In this document: one piece after another, positions 29,149-39,330 of the stretch | Position numbering within the stretch: position 1 is the stretch's first letter | How the letters are laid out: each line of letters starts with the position of its first letter | DNA from: an uncultured Poribacteria bacterium | GTDB lineage: Bacteria; Poribacteria; WGA-4E; WGA-3G | DNA: 64,000 nucleotides | Assembly: GCA_951828385.1 (NCBI GenBank) | Contig: OX639973.1 | Span: forward strand, 2,407,200-2,471,199 | Direction: 5' to 3' | Made by a program: the position numbers and the translations under genes | Notes under the pieces: generated by a model | What the model was told of the DNA's origin: nothing | Database searches by the model: none | Seen by the model: only the letters and a program-made list of their open reading frames with translations

Positions 29149-30583
29149 GGGTGTGTAAAGTTTTTGGTAGCGTTTTTTAGAAATGAGTTGAAGTTTGTAA
29201 AGAAAAATGGTATCTTCTCCAAAAGCTAGTTCCAAAAGTCTATCCTAAGGAGAAGATACCATGTCTAACATTGTAGCAGAAATCAAGGAAGAAATGGAAG
29301 TTATTTTTCAAGAACTCAGTGATATCGAGGCCGTTGGGGTCTCAACAGTAGAAGCGCGTGTGTCTGCGGCTGCTGGTTCTTGGGCGCAAAGGTTATCCGA
29401 GGCAGTTCTATCAGAAGCAGCGAGTTCTGAGGCAGCATCGCCTCTGAGTGTTCCGTGTCCATCTTGTCAAGGGCATAGCCATCGGTATCGGTTCAGAGCG
29501 CGCAACTTTACGACGGCTTGTGGTGTTGTGCGTGTGTCGAGATGGGCGTATAAATGCCGGTGCGGTCATATTCATGTGCCATGGGAGGCCCGTCAAGACC
29601 TGAGGGGTCAGTATACACGGCGCGTATCGGCAACGATGATGCGTTTAGCTGCACAACTGAACTATCGTGCGGCAGCTTCAGAGTTGAAACATCACGGGAT
29701 TCAGGTCAGCCACACGACGCTGCATCAGAAAGTGCTGGCGTGGTCAGAAGGTGAAGAAGTCTCTACCTATGCAGATGAAGAACCGCTTGATACAGGCTCT
29801 CGGTGGTATGTTTCTTGTGATGGTTGCCACACCAACTCGCCGGCGGGTTGGAAAGAAGTCAAAGTCGGGAGCGTTTCTAAAGATTATCCGTATACGCATG
29901 CTACATCTGTGCTAAAAGTCCGCCCCGGGAGCCCGAGATATGTCGCCTCTGTGACCCCTGCGGCAGATTTTGGTAAACACCTGTCTGATTTAGCGACACA
30001 GACCGGCATTTATCAAGACGAAAAAACGATGGACACCGAAGAAGTCGTCGTCATAGGGGATGGGGCGGCGTGGATATGGAACTTGGCGGATGAACACTTT
30101 CCGGGTGCCACCGAAATCGTTGACTATATGCATGCCAAGAGGCATTTATATGATGTTGCTAAGCAAGCCCTCGGAGAAGATGCCCGGGATACCGTCGAAA
30201 CTTGGGTCAATGCGACCGAGACACCTCTTTACAATGGAGAGACTGCCCAAGTCATCGCACGTATACGAGATTTGGAAACACAAAACCCAACGATAGGAGA
30301 TGTCCTCGAAAGAGAAGTCGGCTATTTTCAAAAACATTCTGATCGCATGCAATATGAGACGTTCAACGAAAAGGGGTATCAGATCGGCAGTGGGGTCATT
30401 GAGTCGGCTTGTAAGCATGTTGTCGCTGAACGCTGTAAACAAGCAGGCATGCGATGGAGCAAACCCGGCATCAATGCGATACTCTTTTGGAGATGTTTGC
30501 TAAAGAATGATACTTGGGATACTTATTGGGACACACAAGAAAAGCAGGCTGCCTAAATGTGCTGCCAAAAACTTTACACACCC
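29149..30583 (+). mobile_element. ISKra4-like (ISNCY group) insertion sequence, 1435 bp, with 23-bp terminal inverted repeats and a 9-bp target duplication GGGGTTTGC
   Basis: Left end gggtgtgtaaagtttttggtagc; right end gctgccaaaaactttacacaccc (reverse complements of each other). ggggtttgc is at 29140-29148 and 30584-30592. Confidence 0.8.
29261..30556 (+). CDS. ISKra4-family transposase
   Basis: N-terminal CxxC...CxC zinc finger, DGAAWIW and DYMHAKRH, and the C-terminal signature SGVIESACKHVVAERCKQAGMRWS. Confidence 0.7.
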   Translation: MSNIVAEIKEEMEVIFQELSDIEAVGVSTVEARVSAAAGSWAQRLSEAVLSEAASSEAASPLSVPCPSCQGHSHRYRFRARNFTTACGVVRVSRWAYKCRCGHIHVPWEARQDLRGQYTRRVSATMMRLAAQLNYRAAASELKHHGIQVSHTTLHQKVLAWSEGEEVSTYADEEPLDTGSRWYVSCDGCHTNSPAGWKEVKVGSVSKDYPYTHATSVLKVRPGSPRYVASVTPAADFGKHLSDLATQTGIYQDEKTMDTEEVVVIGDGAAWIWNLADEHFPGATEIVDYMHAKRHLYDVAKQALGEDARDTVETWVNATETPLYNGETAQVIARIRDLETQNPTIGDVLEREVGYFQKHSDRMQYETFNEKGYQIGSGVIESACKHVVAERCKQAGMRWSKPGINAILFWRCLLKNDTWDTYWDTQEKQAA

Positions 30584-30747
30584 GGGGTTTGCTTTTGCGT
30601 TGCGAAAAACTGTTTTTAAACGTATAATAGGAGTACGCAGCTTGAAACGAAGTGGAAAGCGGATATACGGAAAGGAACGGGAAACCCCTTGAAGAAACAC
30701 CCAAGCAAAAACACCGACTTGACCGAACCGCAAGGGACAATTAAAAA

Positions 30748-31335
30748 ATGGACAGAAAAGCAGCAATTGCCCGTGAAACAGCGGAGACCCGCATCCGGCT
30801 CAGCCTTGACCTCGACGGAACAGGGGCATCCACTATTAACACCGGTGTCGGTTTCTTGGATCACATGTTAGAACTCTTTGCCAAACACGGGTTCTTTGAC
30901 CTTGAGATTGAGGCGAAGGGCGATTTACATGTAGATGCGCATCATACGACGGAGGATGTCGGTATCTGCCTTGGGCAAGCCCTCCAAAAAGCAGTACTCG
31001 ACAAAGCAGGAATGCAACGGTTCGGCAGTTTCACTGTTCCGATGTATGAATCGCTCGCCAAAGTCGATTTAGATGTCTGCGGACGGCCTTACCTCCACTT
31101 TGAGACACCGCTGAGTTACGGGAAAGTCGGTGATTTTGATATTGAACTTGCCGAAGAATTTTTTCACGGATTTGTGAACCATAGTGGTACAACCTTGCAC
31201 ATCAATGTCCCCTACGGCACGAATCAACACCATATCATTGAAGCCATCTTTAAGGCAGTTGCGAAAGCGTTGCATATTTCCACACGTCTTGATGAAAATA
31301 TCACCGGTGTTCTGTCCACTAAAGGGAGTTTGTAG
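30748..31335 (+). CDS. hisB: Imidazoleglycerol-phosphate dehydratase
   Basis: GVGFLDHMLELFAKHG...HVDAHHTTEDVGI...HHIIEAIFKA motifs. Length 195 aa. Confidence 0.85.
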   Translation: MDRKAAIARETAETRIRLSLDLDGTGASTINTGVGFLDHMLELFAKHGFFDLEIEAKGDLHVDAHHTTEDVGICLGQALQKAVLDKAGMQRFGSFTVPMYESLAKVDLDVCGRPYLHFETPLSYGKVGDFDIELAEEFFHGFVNHSGTTLHINVPYGTNQHHIIEAIFKAVAKALHISTRLDENITGVLSTKGSL

Positions 31336-31343
31336 AGCGGAAT

Positions 31344-31376
31344 AGTTTTCAGTTTTCAGTTAACCGATAGTTAAAT
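31344..31376. repeat. Heptad array GTTTTCA GTTTTCA GTTAACC.. between hisB and glgC
   Basis: Same GTTNYCA periodic family as at 1357, 3461 and 49940. Confidence 0.45.
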
Positions 31377-31389
31377 TCGGAGAGTTTTT

Positions 31390-32682
31390 ATGAGTAATGG
31401 GAACGTTATTGCAGTTATTCTTGGAGGCGGCCGTGGCGCACGCTTATTTCCATTGACACGGGATCGCGCGAAACCGAGTGTCCCGATTGCTGGTAAATTT
31501 CGACTGGTGGACATACCGATTAGCAATTGCCTACATTCAGGATTAGAGAAAATCTATGTCTTAACCCAGTTCAACTCCGTCTCCTTGAATCGACATATTG
31601 CCCAGACGTACCGCTTTGATACGTACCGCCGCGGGTTCGTCCAAATCCTCGCAGCGCAACAGACGCTGATGGGCGAAGAGTGGTATCAAGGAACAGCGGA
31701 TGCCATCAAACACAATGAACCGTATATCCTGAATCCACGGTTCAAAGACGACTATGTCCTGATTCTTGCGGGTGACCACCTCTATCGGATGGATTACCGA
31801 AAAATGCTGCAGGTCCACACCGAATCCAACGCGGCTATCACTGTGTCTGTTATTCCTGTTAAGAAAGAAGACACCAGTGGACTCGGTATTCTCCAAGCAG
31901 ATGCGAACGGACGTATCGTCGATTTCGTTGAAAAACCGCAAACGGAGGAAGAACTCCAGCGGCTCCGCGTTGAATCTGAGGTTTTCACCTCGCGGGGCAT
32001 TGAACCGCACGGAAGGGAATACATCGCCTCAATGGGGATCTATATCTTCAATCGAGAAGTCTTGCAAGAGGTGCTGCAAGATGATTCAAACGTAGACTTC
32101 GGTAAAGATATTATTCCGAAGAGCATTCAGTCGCGTACGGTTTCAGCCTACTTTTTTGACGGCTATTGGGAGGATATTGGTACGATCCGCTCTTTCTATT
32201 CGGCAAATATCGCCCTCACTGATACCGCGCCGGCGTTCAATTTCTACGATGAGCAGGCCCCGATCTATACCAACCGGCGGCACCTGCCAAGCACCAAAGT
32301 CAATAGCAGTAGTGTTCGTTCTTCAATTCTCGCTGAAGGTTCTATCATTGATGACTCCGAACTTGATAGAACGATTGTTGGTATCCGAAGTATTATCTCC
32401 GGTGGCAGTCGCGTTTACCAGTCTGTACTCATGGGGGCAGACTACTATGAATCGGATGCATCGCGAGTGGAGAGCGAACAGTCAGGCCTCCCCAAAGTCG
32501 GTATCGGTCGAAATTGCTTGATTCAGAATGCAATCATTGACAAAAATGCGCGTATCGGTGATAATTCAGTACTGGTGAACCGAGATGGCATTGATAATTA
32601 CGATGGCGAAAACTACTGCATTCGGGACGGCATTGTTATTGTGCCAAAGGATGCGACAATACTTCCCGAAACCGTCGTTTAA
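31390..32682 (+). CDS. glgC: Glucose-1-phosphate adenylyltransferase
   Basis: AVILGGGRGARLFPLT..KPSVPIAGKFRLVDIPISNC, plus a left-handed beta-helix C-terminus. Confidence 0.85.
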   Translation: MSNGNVIAVILGGGRGARLFPLTRDRAKPSVPIAGKFRLVDIPISNCLHSGLEKIYVLTQFNSVSLNRHIAQTYRFDTYRRGFVQILAAQQTLMGEEWYQGTADAIKHNEPYILNPRFKDDYVLILAGDHLYRMDYRKMLQVHTESNAAITVSVIPVKKEDTSGLGILQADANGRIVDFVEKPQTEEELQRLRVESEVFTSRGIEPHGREYIASMGIYIFNREVLQEVLQDDSNVDFGKDIIPKSIQSRTVSAYFFDGYWEDIGTIRSFYSANIALTDTAPAFNFYDEQAPIYTNRRHLPSTKVNSSSVRSSILAEGSIIDDSELDRTIVGIRSIISGGSRVYQSVLMGADYYESDASRVESEQSGLPKVGIGRNCLIQNAIIDKNARIGDNSVLVNRDGIDNYDGENYCIRDGIVIVPKDATILPETVV

Positions 32683-32733
32683 CCTATAGCCTTGGATTTT
32701 AGAATCAAGGTTGTTTAGTAAGGAGAAATTCTG

Positions 32734-33510
32734 ATGCGTAGCGTACTAACATTTTTAGTCCTGAGTATTTTCGCGTTAACATATTTCGTGGCGATGCCTG
32801 TCGTGGCGTTAGATACAGACGGTCTCGTCGGTGCATGGCTGTTGGATGAAGGGAAAGGAGAATCCGTTACGGATTCCTCCGATAACGGACTGGATGGAAA
32901 AATCGCGAAGGGTAAACCGAAGTGGGTTGATGGCAAATTTGGGGGTGCGATGGAATTCGGTGGACAAGATATGGTGACAGTCGATGATGATAACGCACTT
33001 GATTTAGAGGAATTCACAATCGCTGCATGGGTGAATATCCCGAAAGTCTCAGGCGCGTGGCAAATTATCGCCTCTAAAGAGCACCGCGGCCCGACCGGTA
33101 GAAACTACGGACTCTTCGGTCATATTAATAGTGGTGTTGTCCACTACTCTTTCACAACAAACGCAGGCTGGAAATCCTTTGATGCCAAAACCGTTGTGAC
33201 GGATGGGGATTGGCATCACGTCGCAGGCACTTATGACGGTTCCGACTTCAAACTCTATCTTGATGGAGCTGTTGACGCACAAGTCGCACCGGGGACGAAA
33301 CCGGATAACCACGATAATTTTCTGTTTATTGGTGGGTGTGACATCGGTAACTACTGGATGACTGGCAGTATTGATGAGGTCGTTCTCTATGATAGAGCCC
33401 TCAGCGAGAAAGAACTCAACGAACTCATAGAAGATGGGATGTCTGTTGCATTAGACGTACAACCCGGTGGGAAACTGGTGACGACTTGGAGTCGAATTAA
33501 GGCTCAATAA
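32734..33510 (+). CDS. Secreted LamG / concanavalin-A-like lectin domain protein
   Basis: Signal peptide, then LamG-like LDGK..KWVDGKFGGAMEFGG...FTIAAWVN...WHHVAGTYDGSDFKLYLDG. Confidence 0.55.
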   Translation: MRSVLTFLVLSIFALTYFVAMPVVALDTDGLVGAWLLDEGKGESVTDSSDNGLDGKIAKGKPKWVDGKFGGAMEFGGQDMVTVDDDNALDLEEFTIAAWVNIPKVSGAWQIIASKEHRGPTGRNYGLFGHINSGVVHYSFTTNAGWKSFDAKTVVTDGDWHHVAGTYDGSDFKLYLDGAVDAQVAPGTKPDNHDNFLFIGGCDIGNYWMTGSIDEVVLYDRALSEKELNELIEDGMSVALDVQPGGKLVTTWSRIKAQ

Positions 33511-33550
33511 TCTCTAAGACAGGTATATCTCATACGCGCGTTTACAGAGC

Positions 33551-33856
33551 GTGTTTCAAGGAAGGCTAACTTTCAACATGTCTGAATTAAGACAGAAACT
33601 TCTGGTCCTACATTTACACACACCTGACCTGAATAGTAGCGTTGTCGCCTGGGCGATGTATGATGGTACGGGTGAAAAACGTCACACGACAGGCGACAGC
33701 GAGACACCACCCTATAACTCGGTTATGGAAGCGATGCGAGATGGTTGGCGGGTGATTCAGTTTCCACAACAATTCCCTGCCTACCCCGGCATGGAATATC
33801 ATACCTCATATCTCAGGTTTGAATATATACTTGAGAAATTGGAGGAGATCCAATGA
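33551..33856 (+). CDS. Hypothetical small protein (4-nt ATGA overlap with the next gene)
   Basis: 101-aa ORF, translationally coupled to 33853. Confidence 0.3.
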   Translation: MFQGRLTFNMSELRQKLLVLHLHTPDLNSSVVAWAMYDGTGEKRHTTGDSETPPYNSVMEAMRDGWRVIQFPQQFPAYPGMEYHTSYLRFEYILEKLEEIQ

Positions 33857-34671
33857 TTGACAAAAAGTATTTGCTCACGACAGAACAGATGGCGAACTTC
33901 GTCGCGGACGGTTACCTCCGCTTCGATAATTTAATCCCTGATGAATTGAATAAAGCTGCACATGCAGAGATGGAAGCAGGTGTGGGTGTCCGCGGGGGCG
34001 GCGGCACGGTTTTAAATGATGTCTGGGACGATGCTTCTGCTGTTGGAAAAGTTTTCGGGATGCCGGAAGTTCAAGGTATCATTCAGAGTTTAGTTGGTGA
34101 GGCTCCGCTTTACGATCACCACGCCGTTCACATCGTCCGCCCCCAAAACGATATCGGTCAGATTTGGCATGCCGATGCGATCATCGATCTGCGGATGCAC
34201 TTTGACATCCAATTCTTCTATTTCTCGCACGATACACCGCGCGAAATGGGTGGGACGATGATTCTGCCGGGGAGCCACTATCGCCGTGTCTGTGAAACGG
34301 ACATCGCGCGGTACCAGAACTTTCTCAGCCAGTTGCCGATCGCTTGTGAGGCAGGCACGCTTTTTGTGGTGCATCACGGGATGTGGCATTGTGCGCAACC
34401 GAATTTAACAGATCAGACGCGCTACATGTTCAAACTCCGCCTCAATCCGACGGTACGTCAATGCCAACTCTGGAACACAGATGATATTGACACTGCACCT
34501 ATCCACGGCATCTTAGGTCGGAATCACAGATGGTATGGGAACGATGTCCGGCTTGAAATCGTCAACCGGATTAAGCAGTGGCGTTTCCTTATCGGTGACG
34601 AATCGTTTGATATTGGCTACTGGATGTCTCGGCTTGAGAACATGCCAGAGAACGCTCAGGAAGCAGCATAG
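33853..34671 (+). CDS. Phytanoyl-CoA dioxygenase family protein
   Basis: IWHADAIID (HxD), LPGSHYRR and HHGMWHCAQPN, in the PhyH-type arrangement. Confidence 0.65.
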   Translation: MIDKKYLLTTEQMANFVADGYLRFDNLIPDELNKAAHAEMEAGVGVRGGGGTVLNDVWDDASAVGKVFGMPEVQGIIQSLVGEAPLYDHHAVHIVRPQNDIGQIWHADAIIDLRMHFDIQFFYFSHDTPREMGGTMILPGSHYRRVCETDIARYQNFLSQLPIACEAGTLFVVHHGMWHCAQPNLTDQTRYMFKLRLNPTVRQCQLWNTDDIDTAPIHGILGRNHRWYGNDVRLEIVNRIKQWRFLIGDESFDIGYWMSRLENMPENAQEAA

Positions 34672-34685
34672 TTATTTCAACAAGA

Positions 34686-34711
34686 AAGGCGCGGTTTCTA
34701 ACCGCGCCTTG
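34686..34711. terminator. Bidirectional intrinsic terminator hairpin between convergent genes
   Basis: aaggcgcggtt tcta aaccgcgcctt: an 11-bp GC-rich stem with a 4-nt loop, and a T-rich run on the minus-strand side. Confidence 0.55.
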
Positions 34712-34749
34712 AAATCAATTGAAATGTACTTCTTGAGGTCATCGCAACG

Positions 34750-35592
34750 CTATCTATCGCGCCCCCGTCCTCTTCTGTTACCAGATCGTCTCCGGAATTG
34801 TTCTATCATTTCTCGCCGCTCTTCGCTTGAGGCACTCTTCATTTTCTCCATCATCTCCTGCCTCATTTTTTCAGCACGCTCTTTCTGCTCTGTCAGCCTG
34901 CGTTTTTCGGCGGCCGCCTGATTGCCTCGATTTTGTCCAGCGTTGTTATTACTCGCCTTTTCGGACTCACCCCCGCCACGATTTTCACCCCTATCGCCAC
35001 CGCGTTCTCGTCTAGCCGTGAGGGGTTGGAACCCTCGGGTTTTGAGTTTTATTGTCTCTCCGGCTTTATCCAAGGTTACCTGTTCGGATTGGATGTCCGT
35101 GACTGTGATATCGCCAAGTTTTGTCCCGATGGTGACAAAGTGATAGCGATTAGATCTGTTTTCCAGCAGTGTCGCTTGTGATATTCCCTCGTTTGGATCA
35201 ACAACTTTAGTACCAACCAAACCATAGGAAGGTTCGTTGTTTGGCGGTGTCCACCCTAACGGTCGAAAAAGATTGTGGTCAATGATGGTTTTGTAAAACG
35301 CTGCGTTCTCTCCGAAGTCAACCCTCTCCCCACGGTTTTGGCGACCCCAAGATCTGTTATTACGTTGTGGTTCGGGTTGTTCTTTTGCTTTAGCCATCGC
35401 CTGCAATTTAGCAGCATTTGATTCTTTCATCTCTTTCATTTTAGCGGCGTTCATCTCCGGCTTTGTACCGATGAACTCTGATTTTGTTTTCTCCTGCGCG
35501 TAGAGCAGTACCCCAAAACTGAGAAGTAGACATACGACACAGCCGACTCCCAGTTTTGCGATGACACTTCCCCTTTTATTCGCAATTTTCAT
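34750..35592 (-). CDS. Hypothetical secreted/anchored protein with a low-complexity Arg/Glu-rich C-terminus
   Basis: N-terminal hydrophobic segment. The C-terminus reads RREMIEQFRRRSGNRRGRGRDR. Confidence 0.35.
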   Translation of the reverse strand: MKIANKRGSVIAKLGVGCVVCLLLSFGVLLYAQEKTKSEFIGTKPEMNAAKMKEMKESNAAKLQAMAKAKEQPEPQRNNRSWGRQNRGERVDFGENAAFYKTIIDHNLFRPLGWTPPNNEPSYGLVGTKVVDPNEGISQATLLENRSNRYHFVTIGTKLGDITVTDIQSEQVTLDKAGETIKLKTRGFQPLTARRERGGDRGENRGGGESEKASNNNAGQNRGNQAAAEKRRLTEQKERAEKMRQEMMEKMKSASSEERREMIEQFRRRSGNRRGRGRDR

Positions 35593-35769
35593 TACTTTCC
35601 TCCGGTGTTGTCTATTTCCAAGCGCGTTTTTTAATACTCCAATTCATAGTGTTCGCATTCAGGAAGATCGTATAGACACCTCTTTGCAACTTAAGACAGG
35701 TTCTGTTGAGAAAAGGTTCTCTTTAATTTTACTGTGAATTTCGCCAAATGTCAAATCAAATGACTTCAG

Positions 35770-35805
35770 ACCACAACGGGCAATGAATTGCCCGACTACG
35801 AACAG
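35770..35805. repeat. Solo fragment of the palindromic repeat family (gggcaatgaattgccc + gactacgaac)
   Basis: Matches the core hairpin and right arm of the 127-bp unit at 9433-9813. Confidence 0.45.
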
Positions 35806-35930
35806 GACCACTCTTAATTTCAATATGGACGAAGCACTATGTATATTTAGACGCAAAAGTTGTTTATGCGTTTATTTTTTTCGTAACCAGAGTCGCTCAA
35901 CCAAGTCTCCGCCTGTCATTGTAAAAAGCG

Positions 35931-35959
35931 TTGACTTTGAAGAAAAAATAGGGTAAACT
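35931..35959 (+). promoter_or_regulatory. Candidate promoter TTGACT-17-TAAACT
   Basis: Hexamer spacing of 17 bp, about 40 nt upstream of the 35999 ATG. Confidence 0.3.
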
Positions 35960-35998
35960 TTATAGAAATAGAACTTTCTCATAAAAGGAACACTCGAT

Positions 35999-36553
35999 AT
36001 GAAGTGCTATAATCCGAATCAAAAATACATCGCATTTGTGTGTAGTTGCGTCCTCATTTTCGTTTTAACGAGTCAGCATGCGGCTGCGGCGCGCCGGTCT
36101 CGCGTGCTCTCAATTGGACTCTTCGCCTCTGGCATGAGTCTCCAACTTGGTGCCACGCTTCTCAAATCCTCCGCCCAAGAGCGTTACGATGCCTATCTTA
36201 ACGCAGCAATCCAAGCGGACATTCAAACACACAAAGACGCTTTCCTTGTCAGGCGGAATGCTGGTAAGATCATGTCGGGTGTCGGTCTCGGATGTGTAGG
36301 TCTCGCCGTGCTTTTCTCAATCTATAACCAACTTGACACACCTTCGGAGTCGTCTGAACTTGCGGAAGGCGATGTCTTTTCTGGGTACCGCTCGCAAGCT
36401 CTGCGAACACATCTACGCGCTCAGAAAATTGATTTTACAAATTACGAATTTGGAAACACAGGTCTGCTATCTCCGCGTTCCGCGTTCCAATTACTGCCGC
36501 ACTACGATTTCCAAAACCAACAGGCAAGTTTGAGGCTTCTACACTATTTTTAA
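35999..36553 (+). CDS. Hypothetical membrane protein
   Basis: Two or three hydrophobic helices. No family recognised. Confidence 0.35.
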   Translation: MKCYNPNQKYIAFVCSCVLIFVLTSQHAAAARRSRVLSIGLFASGMSLQLGATLLKSSAQERYDAYLNAAIQADIQTHKDAFLVRRNAGKIMSGVGLGCVGLAVLFSIYNQLDTPSESSELAEGDVFSGYRSQALRTHLRAQKIDFTNYEFGNTGLLSPRSAFQLLPHYDFQNQQASLRLLHYF

Positions 36554-36652
36554 CGATTAGTTTCCGTCCGATTTTCCCGACGCGAAAATAGAGTTTTGGG
36601 TTGGTTTGAAGGACGTTGATTGTAATTGCGTTGTTTTTAAGGAGCAAATATT

Positions 36653-37765
36653 ATGCGTCTATTCTACACCTTATTCAACCGTAAGGTTAGTATACTAAGT
36701 TTCCTTATATGCCTTGCTTTAGTTTTTCTATATACCTGCACAAGTAGCGAGGATTTTGCGAATCCGCTTGACCCAGAAAATCTGCGTACCTCCGGTGCCC
36801 CGGATGGACTCACGCTCTATGCCGGTGATAAACAGGTTCGGGTCACATGGAACGATATTGGACAGGAGGGTATCAAGGCCTACCGGATCTATAGACGCTC
36901 TACAGGTGGAACAGATACGGCGTTTGCGTTGGCCGGCTCCGTTGATGCGCCTGCAAACGAATTTATTGATACCCAAAATCTCGAAAACGACCGGCTTGAT
37001 ACCTCTGGACAGCTCCTTGCCTATGAATATCGCATTACCTATGTTGATGTCAACGGCGTGGAAACACCGGATCCGACGCATCCGCCACTTGAGAGTGATG
37101 AACCGCGTCGTATTTGGAAAACAGCGTTAGCTACACCGAGTGTCCCGCCACCGGTACCCGTTGTAACCGTCGGGGATCCGACCGATCTCATCGTTAAACT
37201 CTTTTGGGAAGGTTATGAACTTTCTGATGATTTTTCTGTCTTCCGCATCTATGCCGCGCTTGACAATGAAGATGGGAAATCGTTACAGTTTAAAGTGATT
37301 GCGGAACCGAAACGAGACCAGTTCTTCTATTTCGACCACGATTTTGAGGTAGATGGCACTCGGAAAGTCTATCGCATCGCTGCGGTAGATATATTCGGCG
37401 CGGAGGCATTCGCCACTATCAACGCAGCGACACCCAATGTCCCGCCTGCGCCACCGCAGAACGTTCGTGTCCGTTACTTACCCCGCTCCCTATTTAACAC
37501 GAAATACGATGCAGTCATTTCATGGAGCCCAAATACCGAACCTGACCTCGCTGGGTACCAACTCTATACCAGAGACGCAGCCGGCAATTTACTCTTGCGT
37601 CCCGCGCCCGGAAAAAAGGATCGCACGTGGACAATACCCGGCGAAGACCCGATTCTCGTCGGACAGTCGCTCGAATTTAAGCGATACTACATAACAGCTT
37701 TTGACAATACACCCGGCCCCGATGGACAACGCGACGAAAGTGCTATGGTAGAAGCAAAACCCTAA
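36653..37765 (+). CDS. Hypothetical lipoprotein with fibronectin-III-like repeats
   Basis: Signal/lipobox-like FLYTC, and the repeated pattern ...VRVTWND...Y.YRI / ...ISWSPN...YQLY. Confidence 0.4.
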   Translation: MRLFYTLFNRKVSILSFLICLALVFLYTCTSSEDFANPLDPENLRTSGAPDGLTLYAGDKQVRVTWNDIGQEGIKAYRIYRRSTGGTDTAFALAGSVDAPANEFIDTQNLENDRLDTSGQLLAYEYRITYVDVNGVETPDPTHPPLESDEPRRIWKTALATPSVPPPVPVVTVGDPTDLIVKLFWEGYELSDDFSVFRIYAALDNEDGKSLQFKVIAEPKRDQFFYFDHDFEVDGTRKVYRIAAVDIFGAEAFATINAATPNVPPAPPQNVRVRYLPRSLFNTKYDAVISWSPNTEPDLAGYQLYTRDAAGNLLLRPAPGKKDRTWTIPGEDPILVGQSLEFKRYYITAFDNTPGPDGQRDESAMVEAKP

Positions 37766-37796
37766 AATTAGTCTCTACGCCTAAAGGAATAAGTCT

Positions 37797-38768
37797 ATGC
37801 CCGCTAAAAACAGACAATTCAGTACACAATGCTTTATTTTCATTATTTGTACGCTACTCCTTGGTCCCGCGTTGCCGATCGCAGCGCAGTTACCAGCCGT
37901 TCCACATCTCAGCACCATTCAGACCGCAGAACCGGTCGGTAAAGGTGGTTCCAGCACCTCGTTTGGGCTCCTTCAATACTCAAAAGTTGATCTGCTACCC
38001 GATCAACGCCAAAAAGTAAATATTGGCGGATTTGAGGAACTGCATCGCGTGTCGCTGCAAATAGAGACCTTCCTCATACCGGTCAGATTCAATTACGGCT
38101 TAACCGACGCACTTGATTTGGTGCTGGGCGGCACCTTTTCAACCGGTGGTGTCCGAAAAACCGTTCACGATTTCTATAATGTTGCTGAAGAGTCCGACGT
38201 TGATCCAACCACCGATCGCCGCGTTTATGACCAACCGCTATTTGACGGTGTCATCGGACTCAAATATAACATTAAACCCGATCGGAATGATGGCTTTCCG
38301 AGCATCTCTATCGGTGGTGACGCACAGTTCGGTTACACCGCCGATGATCGGCTCAATACGGATAACGAATTCCTCGATTATAGCCCTGCCGATGGGTTTC
38401 CGTTTTTCGGAATCAATACCTATATGGTCGGTACTCAAAGATTCGGGAGCCTTTTTAAACTCCACGCCGGTGTTGGCGTTTTTCTAACATCAAAGTTACT
38501 TAAAACGACAGACTTTTTTGCCCTCAATTGGCAGGTGGGTGGTGAAGTTGCTATCGCGGATAACATGTGGTTGCTGGCGGATTTTTCGCGTGAACTTCCG
38601 TATGCGGGTACAAACGTAACGAACTTCATTGGTCTGGCTTTCCGTTATGAAGTCTCGAATACATTGGCATTCCAACTCGGATTTAACAGTCAACCGGGAT
38701 TCCAGTTTAACTTGACCTTCGGTGGCGAGAAGGCACAAGCACTTGATGGCGAGAATTTGCTGTTTTAG
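37797..38768 (+). CDS. Putative outer-membrane beta-barrel protein
   Basis: Signal peptide, alternating beta-strand pattern, and a C-terminal aromatic residue (...ENLLF). Confidence 0.4.
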   Translation: MPAKNRQFSTQCFIFIICTLLLGPALPIAAQLPAVPHLSTIQTAEPVGKGGSSTSFGLLQYSKVDLLPDQRQKVNIGGFEELHRVSLQIETFLIPVRFNYGLTDALDLVLGGTFSTGGVRKTVHDFYNVAEESDVDPTTDRRVYDQPLFDGVIGLKYNIKPDRNDGFPSISIGGDAQFGYTADDRLNTDNEFLDYSPADGFPFFGINTYMVGTQRFGSLFKLHAGVGVFLTSKLLKTTDFFALNWQVGGEVAIADNMWLLADFSRELPYAGTNVTNFIGLAFRYEVSNTLAFQLGFNSQPGFQFNLTFGGEKAQALDGENLLF

Positions 38769-38807
38769 CGAGAAAAATTGCAAGAATTATCAAGGAAAAA
38801 TAAAAAG

Positions 38808-39257
38808 ATGCGAGCAGTTGTTCAGCGCGTTAAAGCTGCCAGTGTTACAGTAGACGGTGAACCCGTTTCCGAAATTGGGGCAGGCGTGCTTATCTTCCTC
38901 GGCGTTGCGCATGACGATACCACAACGGAACTGGAATATATCGCCAATAAAGTCGCTAATCTGCGTATCTTCGAGGACGAAGACGGTAAAATGAATCGTT
39001 CACTTCTCGAAACAGGAGGGGCTGCCCTTGTCGTCTCGCAATTCACGCTCTACGGTGATTGCCGCAAAGGACGACGACCAAGCTTTATTAATGCCGCCCG
39101 TCCGGAAGTCGCAAACACGCTTTATGAACAGTTCATCACCGTCCTAAAACAGCAGAATATCCCAACGCAGGGTGGCACCTTTCAGGCAATGATGGATGTG
39201 CAACTCATTAACGACGGTCCCGTCACCATTTTACTGGATAGCGATAAACAATTTTGA
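38808..39257 (+). CDS. dtd: D-aminoacyl-tRNA deacylase
   Basis: MRAVVQRV... start, SQFTLYGD motif, length about 150 aa. Confidence 0.8.
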   Translation: MRAVVQRVKAASVTVDGEPVSEIGAGVLIFLGVAHDDTTTELEYIANKVANLRIFEDEDGKMNRSLLETGGAALVVSQFTLYGDCRKGRRPSFINAARPEVANTLYEQFITVLKQQNIPTQGGTFQAMMDVQLINDGPVTILLDSDKQF

Positions 39258-39330
39258 ATCGGCATAGGTTTATCAATCAATTCTTCCTTAAAAGCACTCC
39301 AGCGGAGTGCCATGTCTATAGGAGAAGATT

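Noticed and set aside
31561-32010. 149-aa minus-strand ORF inside glgC, and the many similar antisense ORFs inside large genes (e.g. 12562..12978, 25293..25799, 52478..53182)
   Set aside because: They are embedded antisense in genes with strong homology, which is typical of spurious ORFs.
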